Source: an uncultured Candidatus Rokubacteria bacterium
Lineage (GTDB): Bacteria; Methylomirabilota; Methylomirabilia; Rokubacteriales; DASRDR01
Direction: 5' to 3'
Length of the DNA stretch: 64,000 nucleotides
Assembly: GCA_963708025.1 (NCBI GenBank)
Contig: CAVPSB010000022.1
Location: forward strand, 194,162 to 258,161
A program made the position numbers and the translations under genes. Position 1 is the first letter of the stretch. Each line of letters opens with the position of its first letter. The notes under the pieces were generated by a model, which searched no databases, was not told where the DNA came from, and saw only the letters and a list, made by a program, of their open reading frames with translations. Below are positions 11,892 through 21,702 of the stretch, one piece after another.

Positions 11892-12660
11892 GGGCCGTGG
11901 ACGTCGGCGAGGTGCCGGTGGCGATCCTCGCCGGGGGCCTGGCGACGCGGCTGGGACCCGTCGCGGGCCGCATCCCGAAAGCCCTGGTGGAGGTCGCCGG
12001 CCGGCCGTTCATCGCCCACCAGCTCGCGCGCCTCCGCGAGGCCGGGATCCGGCGGGTCGTCCTGTGCCTCGGCCACCTCGGGGAGCAGGTCGAGGCGTAC
12101 GTCGGCGACGGCGCCGCCCACGGCCTCGCCGTCCGCTACTCGTACGACGGGCCAACGCTGCTCGGCACCGCTGGCGCCCTGCGCCGCGCCGAGACCCTGC
12201 TGGGCGAGGTCTTCTGGGTCCTCTACGGCGACGCCTACCTCGAGGTCGACTACCGCGCCGTGCTGGCCGAGCTCGAGCGCCGGGGCGGTCTCGGGATCAT
12301 GCTCGTGCTGCGGAACGAGAACCAGTGGGATCGGAGCAACGTCGTCTTCCGAGACGGGCGCCTGGTCCGCTACGACAAGGCCCGGCCTACGCCCGACATG
12401 ACGCACATCGACTACGGGGCGGCGATCCTCCGCAAGACAGCGCTCGCCCGGGTTCCGTCGGATCGCCCCTGCGATCTCGCCGACGTCTATCGCGACCTGG
12501 TGGACGAGGGGCTGCTGTCCGGGTACGAGGTGACGCGCCGCTTCTACGAGGTCGGCTCGCCGGCCGGCCTCGTCGAGACGCAACGCTACCTGGAGGGCCG
12601 GCTGCGGCAGTCGTTCCGGCCCCCCCTCCCCCGGTGGGTGGGGGAGGGGGCTGGGGGTAG
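11888..12660 (+). CDS. hddC: Sugar-phosphate nucleotidyltransferase (heptose-1-phosphate guanylyltransferase-like); 3' end uncertain
   Basis: ILAGGLATRL, PKALVEVAGRPF, GTAGAL, YGD and FYEVGSP motifs. Similarity ends near 12600; the nearest stop (TAG 12658) is out of frame inside a G/C homopolymer repeat. Confidence 0.78.
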
Positions 12661-12674
12661 GGCGGGAGGTCCCG
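12615..12674 (+). repeat. Dispersed intergenic repeat, copy 1 (short form)
   Basis: TCCGGCCCCCCCTCCCCC..GGGGGAGGGGG..GGGCGGGAGGTCCCG, shared with copies at 37652, 51955 and 59531; its GGAGGT is positioned as the RBS of gmhA. Confidence 0.75.
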
Positions 12675-13272
12675 ATGTCGTACGCCAGGGACTACCTCGC
12701 CGAGGCCGGCCGCATCGCCGCGAGCCTGGACCCTGCCGCGATCGAGCGGCTGGTGGCGCTCCTCGTCGCTGTCCGGGAGCGCGGCGGCCGCCTGTTCGTG
12801 CTGGGTGTGGGCGGCAGCGCGGCGAACGCCTCGCACGCCGTCAACGACTTCCGGAAGCTGGCCGGCCTCGAGGCGTACGCGCCCGACGGACAACGTGGCC
12901 GAGCTGACGGCGCGGGTCAACGACGAGGGCTGGGAGACGGTGTTCGCCGCCTGGCTGCGGGGCAGCCGCCTGACGGCCCGCGACGTCGTCCTGGTCCTGT
13001 CGGTCGGCGGCGGCGACCTCGAGCGGAACGTCAGCCCGAACCTGGTGCACGCCCTCCGTCACGCCAAGGACGTCGGGGCCGCGGTCGGTGGGATCGTCGG
13101 ACGCGACGGAGGCTACACCGCCCGCGTGGCCGACGTCTGCGTGATCGTTCCGACCGTCGACCCCGCCCGCGTCACCCCGCACACCGAGGCCTTCCAGGCC
13201 GTCGTCTGCCACCTCCTGGTTTCCCATCCGGCGCTGCAGGCGGCGCCGGGCAAGTGGGAGTCGATGCGCTGA
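12675..13272 (+). CDS. gmhA: Sedoheptulose-7-phosphate isomerase, SIS domain (frameshift near 12882)
   Basis: LGVGGSAANASHAVNDF, then in the shifted frame PTDNVAELTARVNDEG..TPHTEAFQ..HLL. Confidence 0.85.
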
Positions 13273-14538
13273 TGCGGCGGGCGGTCTTCCTCGACCGCGA
13301 CGGCGTGCTCAACCGGACCGTCGTGCGGGACGGTGTCCCTCGGCCGCCGGCGTCGGCCGACGAGCTGGAGATCCTGCCGGGGGTGGGAGAGGCGCTCCGC
13401 GCACTGGCGGCCGCGGGCTGGGTGCTGGTGGTCGTGACCAACCAGCCGGACGTCGCCCGCGGGCGGCAGACCCGGGCCGTCGTGGAGGAGATCAACCGTC
13501 GCCTCCTGGCGGCCCTGCCGATCCACGCCGTGCTAACCTGCTACCACGACGACGGGGACGGCTGCGACTGCCGGAAGCCGCGGCCCGGCCTCCTGCGCCG
13601 GGCGGCCGCCGCGCACGGGGTCGATCTCGCGGCGAGCGTCATGATCGGGGATCGCTGGAGCGACGTCGCGGCCGGCCGGGCGGCCGGCTGTCGAACCTTC
13701 CTGGTCCGCGCCCCCTACAGCGAGCCCGAGCGCTGCCGGGCGGACCACGAGGTGAGGAGCCTCGGCGAGGCGGCCCGGGCCATCCTGGGCCTCGCCGGCC
13801 CGGCCGAGCGGGAGGAGCCCATGCCGACACTCGAGGGCCTCCGGGTCAAGATCTTCGCCGACGGCGCCGACCTGGCGACCATGCTCGAGATGGCCCGCCT
13901 GCCCTACATCGCGGGCTTCACCACCAACCCGACGCTCATGCGGAAGGCCGGGGTCGCGGACTACCGCGCGTTCGCCCGGGAGGTGCTGCGCGCGATCCCG
14001 GACCGCCCGATCTCCTTCGAGGTGTTCGCCGACGACTTCGCCGAGATGGAGCGCCAGGCGCACGACATCGCCGGCTGGGGCGAGAACGTCTACGTGAAGA
14101 TCCCGGTGACGGACACCGAGGGGCGCCCGACCGACGACTGCATCCGCCGGCTCGCCAAGGCCGAGGTCCGGCTCAACATCACCGCGATCCTGACGCTCGA
14201 GCAGGTCCAGCGGGTCGCGCGCGCCCTGGAAGACGGCCGGTCGAGCGTCGTCTCGGTCTTCGCGGGCCGTATCGCGGACACCGGCCGCGACCCGGTGCCC
14301 CTCATGGCCGCCGCGGTGGACCTGCTTCGCCCGTACCCCCGCCAGCAGCTCCTCTGGGCGAGCCCCCGGGAGCTGCTCAACGTCTTCCAGGCCGACGCCA
14401 TCGGCTGCCACATCATCACGGCGACCGCGGACATCCTCCAGAAGCTCCCCCTGGTCGGCAAGGACCTGACCGACGTACTCGCTGGAGACGGTGCGGATGT
14501 TCCACCGGGACGCCCGCCAGGCGGGCTACGTGCTGTGA
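13272..14538 (+). CDS. gmhB/tal: Heptose-1,7-bisphosphate phosphatase (HAD-IIIA) fused in frame to a transaldolase-family domain starting at 13821 (frameshift near 14475)
   Basis: FLDRDGVLN, VTNQ, CDCRKPRPG and MIGDRWSD; no stop before KIFADGAD, GFTTNPTLM, VYVKIP, FAGRIADTG. The shifted tail KDLTDYSLETVRMF..GYVL ends at 14538. Confidence 0.85.
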
Positions 14539-14544
14539 CGGATA

Positions 14545-14615
14545 AGGCGGCGCAGCACCCGGCAGAGCCGATGACCCTCTCCTCCTGCCGCCCCGGTGAC
14601 CAGGACGCTCCGCAC
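14545..14615 (-). pseudogene. 5' relic of an NAD-dependent epimerase gene (paralog of 24649-25056)
   Basis: Minus strand reads VRSVLVTGAAGGEGHRLCRVLRR versus MSGVLVTGAAGGVGHRLCLVLRR at 25056. Confidence 0.7.
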
Positions 14616-14657
14616 GACGGTCCATGATACGCCGGCCCCCGGCGAGCGCTCGGCAGC

Positions 14658-16923
14658 GTGCCTGAGCCGGGGTCCGCCGCGGCTGTCGTCTCGGGTGCCG
14701 CCGCCTTCGCGCTCCTGACCGCGGCCGGCCTGGCGGGGGGCCTGGGAGTGCTCGTCCTGCTGCGCACCCCGGCCGACCCGGCGCGGCGCCTGCTCCTGGC
14801 CCCGTTCGCCGCCACCCTCGTCTGGGCCCTGACCGGAAACCTGCTCGTCCGTTTCGGGCTGACCGTGGCCCAGGCCACGCCGCCGATCGCCCTGGTGTCC
14901 CTGGGGCTGGCGGTGGTGGGGATCGGGGCGGCGGCGCGGCTCCGCCTCCGACCCGCGCTCGTCGCGACGCTCGGGGCCGGGCTCGGCCTCACGGTGGCGG
15001 TCGCCACCTGGCCCTTCTTCGCGCGGGGCCTCACGGCTCACCTCGGCTCGCCCAACCTCGACACGGCGTACTTCACGAGCATCGCCGCCGCCTTGTGGCG
15101 CTCCGGGCTCGACGCCTCGTCCGCCCAGACGCCGTTCTTCGAGCGCTTCGGCCCCGTCGTGGGGGTACTGGGGCCGGCCCGGAACCATTCCTACGTGCTC
15201 CTCGGGCTCTTCTCCCCGCTCGTGGAGGCGGGCGAGCCCGTCTTCGTCCGCAACCTGCTCGTCTGCTGGTCGATCCTCGTGCTCGCCTTCAGCCTCGCCT
15301 TCTACCGCGCCGCCTGGAGCAGCGCGAGCGAGGGGCGGGAGGCCTGCTCCTGGGCGATTCTCTTCTACGTCCTGGCGACGGTGGGCATCGGGTGGGCGGT
15401 CGTCCCGGCCCTGGTCGGCAACTGGGACAACGGCCTCTTCGTCTCGGTGGGGCCGGCCCTGGCCGGCCTAGCCGCGGAGGCGCCGCGCCGCCCAGGCTAC
15501 TCGATCCTCCTGGGCGCGACCATCGCCTACGCCGGATACACCTACCCGGAGCTGGCCCTCTTCGTCGCCCTCTTCCTCCTGCCCCTGTACTTGTGGGCGC
15601 TCCAGGCGCCGGCCACGGGATCGCGAACGCTCCGCGCATACGCCGCGGCAGGGCTGACCGCGGCGATCCTGCTCCTGCCGGGCGTGATGCCGCTCACGAG
15701 GTTTTTCCTCGGGCAGGTGGACTCGGCACGTGTGTCCGGCCCGAGACCGGGCGGCAGCTTCGCGGGAGGGCTCGCCAGCGCGCCCCTCGACCCCTCGGCC
15801 TGGTGGGCTCTGGGGGCCGAGCACGGCGACACCACCGGACGATGGGGATGGCTCTGCGCGCTGGCCCTCACCGCGCTCGCCCTGGTGGGTCTGGTCAGCC
15901 TAGCCCGCCGGCGACGCTGGCCCGAGGTCACCGCCCTTGGCCTCGTCGGGGCCAGCCTCGCCTACTACGTGCTCGTTCGACGGCTACGGCTACGCCGCCT
16001 ACAAGATCCTCAGCGTCGCCTGGTGGCTGGTCGCCGGCTGCCTCGTCGAGGGGTGTGGCGCGCTGGCGGCCGCGACGCGGGCCGGCCGCACGCGGCACCG
16101 CCTGGTCGTCGGCGCCCTCGCCACCGTCCTGCTCACCAGCCTGCTCGTCGCCGAGCGCGAGCGAGCCGGGGTCTTCTTCGACGAGAGTGCCTTCCGACGC
16201 CAGCCGACGCTGGCCGCCCTCACCCGACTCCGGGCGGCCGCCGTGGGCCAGCCCTCGATGGACGTGCTGGTGACCGGCCCCTCGCTCGACTACCTGACGC
16301 TGCCCTGGATTTTCTACGCGCTCAAGGACACCCCGCTCCGGCCATACCATCACTGGAACCTCACCCCTCCCGTCCCCGGGGGAGCCGGCTTGGCGCCCGA
16401 CGGCCCCGTACCCGCGAGTCTCCTGCTCCGCTCACAGGACGTCCCCGGCCTCCCGGCCCGATTCCGGACGCCGGAGTTCGCTCTCGTTAGCCTCAAGGGG
16501 ATGGCCCTCGTCGAGCACGTTGACAGCCCCAACCAACTGGAACCCTGGGGGACCTGGCTCGGCACCCGGCCCATCACCGTCTCGGTGCTGGCTGACCCGG
16601 GGTCGGCCCTGACGCTGACCTTCGAGGCCGCCCCCGGTCCCAGCCGCCCCGAGACTCCCCGCCGGACCCTCGTCCTGCAGGCCGGCACCCGCCCCCTGGG
16701 TCGATTCGAGATCGACGGGCAGACCCGGATCGCCGTCCCCTTCGTCACCGCCGGCAGCCGCGAGACCCTGACCCTCTCCACGCCGGACCTCCCCACCCTC
16801 GCCATGACGCCCAACGGCGACACGCGGCCGCTGCTCGTGAGCATCCGCGATCTGAAGATCACGCCCCGCCCCCCGCGCCCCGGCCTCGCGTCCGAACGGC
16901 CGCCCCCTGCTGACCGGCGATGA
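14658..16923 (+). CDS. Polytopic membrane protein, paralog A (putative GT-C glycosyltransferase; frameshift near 15975)
   Basis: Many TM segments; motifs SPNLDT, VPALVGNWDNGLFVSVGP, YTYPEL, YGYAAYKIL and C-terminal NGDTRPLLV are shared with 16920 and 25099. Function is inferred. Confidence 0.75.
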
Positions 16924-19175
16924 TCGGACTGACCGAGCCCCAGTCTCCCCTCGCGCTCGCCCTCGGCCTCGGCTACTTTGCACTGCTGACCGGGGCGGGG
17001 CTCGCGGTAGGCCTGGGGCTGCTCGCCTTGCTCCGGTTCCCGACCGACCCGACCCGGTGCCTGCTCCTGGCACCCTTCGCCGCCACCATGGCCTGGGCCC
17101 TGGCGGGGACCCTGCTGGTCCGCTCCGGCTTCACCATGGCCCAGGTGACCCCGCCGATCGCGGCCGTCTCGCTGGGACTCGCGGTGCTCGGCATCGCCTC
17201 GGCGGTCCGGATGCGCCTTCGGCCCCGCCTGGCGGCGCTCGTCGTCGGCGTCGGGCTCGTGGTGGGGCTCGTGACCTGGCCCTACTTCGCACGGGGCCTC
17301 ACGGCGCACATCGGCTCCCCTAACCTCGACACGTTCCACTACACGAGCATCGCCGCCTCCTTCTGGCATTACGGGCTGGATCCGACCACGGCCTCGCTCC
17401 CGTTCTTTCAGCGCTACGCCCCCCTCGCCAGAGGGCTGGGACCAGGCCGGAACCACACGTTCGTGCTCCTGGCGTTCCTCTCCCCCCTCGTCGAGCCCGG
17501 CGAGCCCGTCTTCGTCCGGAACCTGTTCGTCTGCTGGTCGCTCTTCGTGCTGGCCTGCAGCCTGGCCTTCTACCGCGCCACTTGGGCCGGCCCGAACGAC
17601 GGGACGGCGGCGTCGCCGCGCGGGATTCTCTTCTACGTCCTGACCACGGTAGGCATCGGCTGGGCCGTCGTCCCCGCTCTGGTCGGCAACTGGGACAACG
17701 GGCTGTTCGTCTCGGTGGGGCCGGTCCTGGCGGGGCTGGCCACCCGAGTGCCCCACGGCCCGGGCTACCCGGTCCTCCTCGGTGCGAGCCTCGCCTACGC
17801 CGTGTACACGTACCCGGAGCTGGCGCCGTTCCTGGGACTTTTCCTGGCGCCGCTCCATCTTCCGGCAGGACACTGGACGCCGGCGTGGCGCCGCCTCCTG
17901 CCCGCCTACGCGCTCGGGACCGGCCTGGCCATCCTGCTGGTGGCCCCGGGGGCGAAGCCCCTCTGGACGTTCCTGCAACGTCAGGGGGACGCGGCCCGCG
18001 TCATGGAAGGCATGAGGCCGGGCGGCGCGTTTGCGGCAGGGCTCGCGAGCTTGCCGTCCGACCTCTCGGCCTGGTGGGCGCTCGGGGCCGAGCACGGATT
18101 TCGCCCGGCGGAGTCCTGGCCGCGGCTCTGCGCGTGGCTCCTCACCGGGCTCGTCCTGGCCGGGGTCGTGCGCCTCGGGCGACACGGACATTGGCGCGAG
18201 ATCGCAGCGTTCGCCCTGATGGCCACGAGCCTCGTCTACTTCGTGTTCGTGGACCGCTACGGGTATGCGGCCTACAAGATCCTGAGCGTCGGCTGGTGGC
18301 TGGTCGGCCGCTGCGTCGTCGAGGGGTTCGCCGGGGTCGTGACCCTGACGCACGCTCGCTCGCGCGTCACGTGGCCGGTCCGTCTCGGGCACCGCGCGAC
18401 GATCGGCGCGCTCGCTGCAGGCCTGCTGACCTGCCTCGTCGTAGCGGAGCGCCACCGCTTCCAGACTTATTTCCCGCGGGACTTCCTGCAGTACCAACCG
18501 ACGCTGGCATCGCTGGCCCGTCTCCGCTCGGCGGCGGCGAGCCAGCCGCCGATCGACGCGGTGGCAACCCAGGCGCTCGGTCATCCTTTCATGCTGCCCT
18601 GGGTCTTCTACGCGCTCAGGGATACCCCGGTCCGGCTGCACCACGACAAGAAGCTGACGTACCCGGTTCCCGGCGGCGCTCCGTGGCCCGACGGCCCGCT
18701 GCCCGCGGGCGTCCTGCTTCCCGCGAGAGATCTCCACGGGGGCCTGCCGAGGTTCACGACCGCGGAGTTCGCCTTGGTCGATTTCGGGGCCACCGCACTC
18801 ATCGAATCAATCGAGAACCCTAACCAGCTCGAAGCCTGGGGCACCTGGCTTGGCACCCGGGCCGTCAGCGTTACGCTGCTGGCCGGGCCGGGGCTCACCT
18901 CGACATTGAGCTTCGACGCGGCGCCCGGTCCCAGCCTGCCGGAGACGCCCCGCCGCACGCTACTGCTGCACGCGGGCTCGCGCGAGCTCGGGCGTGTCGA
19001 GATCGACGGGCCGGGTCGGGTCGCGTTCCAGTTCGTCACGGCCGGCGGACGCGAGGTCCTGACACTGTCCACCCCCGACTTGCCGAGCGTAACCATCCTC
19101 GCGAACGGAGATCCCCGGCCGCTGCTCGTCAGCGTTCGGAACCTGACGATCGGGCCTCGCGGACCCGAGCGGTAG
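16920..19175 (+). CDS. Polytopic membrane protein, paralog B (putative GT-C glycosyltransferase)
   Basis: Intact 751-aa ORF with the same motifs as paralogs A and C; ATGA overlap with paralog A. Confidence 0.8.
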   Translation: MIGLTEPQSPLALALGLGYFALLTGAGLAVGLGLLALLRFPTDPTRCLLLAPFAATMAWALAGTLLVRSGFTMAQVTPPIAAVSLGLAVLGIASAVRMRLRPRLAALVVGVGLVVGLVTWPYFARGLTAHIGSPNLDTFHYTSIAASFWHYGLDPTTASLPFFQRYAPLARGLGPGRNHTFVLLAFLSPLVEPGEPVFVRNLFVCWSLFVLACSLAFYRATWAGPNDGTAASPRGILFYVLTTVGIGWAVVPALVGNWDNGLFVSVGPVLAGLATRVPHGPGYPVLLGASLAYAVYTYPELAPFLGLFLAPLHLPAGHWTPAWRRLLPAYALGTGLAILLVAPGAKPLWTFLQRQGDAARVMEGMRPGGAFAAGLASLPSDLSAWWALGAEHGFRPAESWPRLCAWLLTGLVLAGVVRLGRHGHWREIAAFALMATSLVYFVFVDRYGYAAYKILSVGWWLVGRCVVEGFAGVVTLTHARSRVTWPVRLGHRATIGALAAGLLTCLVVAERHRFQTYFPRDFLQYQPTLASLARLRSAAASQPPIDAVATQALGHPFMLPWVFYALRDTPVRLHHDKKLTYPVPGGAPWPDGPLPAGVLLPARDLHGGLPRFTTAEFALVDFGATALIESIENPNQLEAWGTWLGTRAVSVTLLAGPGLTSTLSFDAAPGPSLPETPRRTLLLHAGSRELGRVEIDGPGRVAFQFVTAGGREVLTLSTPDLPSVTILANGDPRPLLVSVRNLTIGPRGPER

Positions 19176-19270
19176 CGCCCTCCCCTCGGATCACGGCTGT
19201 CGCAGCAGCTCGTACTGGGTGGTCCGCATGATCGGTCGGCCGCCGGTCCCCCCGCTGTCGCCGCTTCGCG

Positions 19271-19904
19271 TCACGATCGGGAGAGGCGCGCGGGTGTCGT
19301 AGGTGGGAACCGGCCAGGGTCGTACGCGAAGGCGGCGGATCGCCCGCTGAAGAGCGAGACCAACGCCAGGAACGCGAAGCTTCCGAACCGCGGATCGCCC
19401 CCATATATCAAGTGCGGCCAGCTGCCGTACCAGTCGTCGGGCCTGGGGGTCGAGCGCACGTCAGCGACGGGCCGCTTGAGCCAGTCTGCGATGTGGGCGT
19501 AGCCGAGATGGTCGGTGCCATGGGCGAAGCCGAGGCCCGGCGATCCGAAGAAGAGGTCGGTGGGGGTCAGGAACCAGACCGCCGCGGCCCCGACCACGCT
19601 CCCCGCCGCGAGCGTGAGACGCCAGTCCCCCGCGCTGGCGCCCGGACCGGACCAGGCGGCCGCCAGGCTGCCGGCCGCCAGCGCCACGATGGCCGCGACG
19701 GCGGCTACACCGGAGCTCGACGCTCAACCCCACCATCACAGCGAGCGTGGCGATCGGCACCAGGATCATCCCGGCGAGCGGCGCCTGGGCCAGCGGATAG
19801 GCGAACTGGCTGCGGAACGGTGCGACGGCCCACCAGCCACAGGCCCCGAGCACGGCGAGCGCGCCCAGCACCAAGGCCAGGTTCGCCGCGAACATGGGCC
19901 ACAC
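19271..19904 (-). pseudogene. 3'-truncated polytopic membrane protein (GT-C-like N-terminus; frameshift near 19705)
   Basis: About five TM segments followed by a loop HGTDHLGYAHIADWL..PRFGSF, a layout like the N-terminus of paralogs A-C; breaks off after about 200 codons. Confidence 0.55.
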
Positions 19905-19916
19905 GGCCGGGCTCCG

Positions 19917-20711
19917 TCAGGGCGCGCGCGCCGGCCGGGGTGGCCGGGCGCCGAGGACGAGGGCGGCCACGCCGAGCGGGAGCGGGGCGCGCAGCGCCAC
20001 CGCCGCCTCCACCCGCGAGACTGCGAGCAGGAGCCGGTTGACGAGGCCGGAGCCGCCGGGCGCCTCGAACGGCAGGTCCGGCACGCCGTCCGGGGTGCGC
20101 GGGGCCAGGGCGACCGCGATCCCGAGCAGCGGGACGAGGAACAGGTCGAGGTACGTCCGGTGGACGATGTCGAAGCCCGCGGCGGCCACGCGCCCGGCGA
20201 GCTGCTCGAGCGTGTACCGCCGGTGATGGCCCAGGCGGACGTCCCGCGTGCTCCAGAGCGCCTGGCGAGCCGGGGCCACGATCAGCGCGAGGCCGCCCGG
20301 CCGGCAGGCCTGGACCACGCCGGTGAGCAGGCCGGTGTCGTCTGCCACGTGCTCGACGACGTCCTGGGCGATGACCAGGTCCGCGCTCGCGGGCCGGACG
20401 GGGAGGGCGACCGCGTCGGCCACCCCGAGCGCGCCCAGGCCGCGCTTGCGACAGTACGTGAGCGCCTCCGGCACGAGGTCCAGCCCGATGGGGGTGACCG
20501 GCGCGTGGGCGGCCAGGTAGGCGAGCAGGCCCCCGGCGCCGCAGCCCACGTCGAGGACCACGTACCGGGCCCGCGGGGGGCGGTGGCGCTCCCAGAGGCG
20601 CCGGAACAGGTCGTGCCGCGCGACGTACCGCCAGTAGGTCTCGGGGAGGCGGTCCAGCACGGCGTGCATCCCCGCCGCCATGCGGGGCGCGTCGGGAGTC
20701 GTGGACGGCAC
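19917..20711 (-). CDS. Class I SAM-dependent methyltransferase
   Basis: VLDVGCGAG, ADAVALP, QDVVEHV and HHRRYT motifs; start is GTG 20711 or ATG 20681. Confidence 0.85.
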   Translation of the reverse strand: MPSTTPDAPRMAAGMHAVLDRLPETYWRYVARHDLFRRLWERHRPPRARYVVLDVGCGAGGLLAYLAAHAPVTPIGLDLVPEALTYCRKRGLGALGVADAVALPVRPASADLVIAQDVVEHVADDTGLLTGVVQACRPGGLALIVAPARQALWSTRDVRLGHHRRYTLEQLAGRVAAAGFDIVHRTYLDLFLVPLLGIAVALAPRTPDGVPDLPFEAPGGSGLVNRLLLAVSRVEAAVALRAPLPLGVAALVLGARPPRPARAP

Positions 20712-20713
20712 CT

Positions 20714-21406
20714 CTAACGCCGGAGCACGAGCTTGATCGCGCGGGCCGGCGTAAGCAGGCTGGGCCACCGGTAGCCGAACTGGAGGACGAACCAGCCGCG
20801 GGGCACATAGCTCAGCTCGTCCAGCTCGAAACCGCACTCGCCAGCGGCGTCGATCAGGTGAGCGGGCATGAACTGGAAGGTCACGGGGTGTCCGCCACGC
20901 TTGAGGGCGAGCATGGGCCGGTAGACCACTCGCTCGACGGCGTGGAAAATCCGGCCGACCGTGCTCTCGACGATCACCGCCTTGCCGCCCAGGGCCAGGC
21001 AACGGTGGACCTCGTGCATCCCGCGCCGCATGTTCCGGTGGTTTTCCGCCGCGGTCGCGCCGGTTACGTGGTGGAAGACGTTCTGCATCAGGACGCAGTC
21101 GAAGGACTGGTCGGGGAACGGGAGGTCGAGGAGCGAGCCCCGCCGGAACGCCGTGTTGGGCGCGGGCCCCGGGCCGTCGGCGAGGAACAGGTCGACCGCG
21201 GTGACCTGTCGAGGCACCGAGACGTCGTAGTTGAAGAACCCGCCGTTGCCGACGTCGAGCAGCCGGTCCACGCCCCGCAGCTCGTGGCGGACCATCCGCG
21301 CGATGTGCTGGTAGTGGGCGAGCCGCGACTGGGCCTCGACGTACCCGTCGTTGTCCTCGAACCAGCGCACGTTCGCGTCAACGGTCCTCTGCATGTCGTC
21401 GGCCAT
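20714..21406 (-). CDS. Class I SAM-dependent methyltransferase (intact member of a three-copy set)
   Basis: LLDVGNGG, AVDLF, LPFPDQSFD and NVFHH motifs; upstream TGCTATCAAT resembles an extended -10 box and GGGGA precedes the ATG. Confidence 0.85.
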   Translation of the reverse strand: MADDMQRTVDANVRWFEDNDGYVEAQSRLAHYQHIARMVRHELRGVDRLLDVGNGGFFNYDVSVPRQVTAVDLFLADGPGPAPNTAFRRGSLLDLPFPDQSFDCVLMQNVFHHVTGATAAENHRNMRRGMHEVHRCLALGGKAVIVESTVGRIFHAVERVVYRPMLALKRGGHPVTFQFMPAHLIDAAGECGFELDELSYVPRGWFVLQFGYRWPSLLTPARAIKLVLRR

Positions 21407-21561
21407 GGAGTCCCCGTATTGATAGCACAGGAACCCCGGTAGAGTCAGCATCGACGTCCACTGCCGGGTGACGCCGGAAGTCGGGCGTGTTCACGAATCC
21501 GGGCGACCGGGCCGGGGCGGCCGTCTTCCGGGCCCCCCAAGCGCCGCCGGCCGGCCGACGC

Positions 21562-21702
21562 TCAGAACGTCACGTAGATGAACGGCTCGATGGGAAGGGC
21601 GATGCGATAGAGAGTGTAGTGCAGGAGGATCCCGATCCCGCAACCGACGAGGAAGGACAGGAGCCATTGCATCGCTCGGGTCGGGCGGATTCGCGAGGTC
21701 AC
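21562..21702 (-). CDS. Small single-TM DltX-like acyl-shuttle peptide (36 aa from ATG 21672, or 46 aa from GTG 21702)
   Basis: Translated by hand: (VTSRIRPTRA)MQWLLSFLVGCGIGILLHYTLYRIALPIEPFIYVTF-stop. It has a C-terminal FIYxxF motif, its GTG overlaps the SGNH stop, and it is absent from the ORF track. Confidence 0.82.
   Translation of the reverse strand: MTSRIRPTRAMQWLLSFLVGCGIGILLHYTLYRIALPIEPFIYVTF

Noticed and set aside
12675-14627. 650-aa ORF as a GmhA-GmhB-transaldolase triple fusion
   Set aside because: GmhA leaves this frame near 12882 and has its own stop at 13272; the intervening translation is nonsense.
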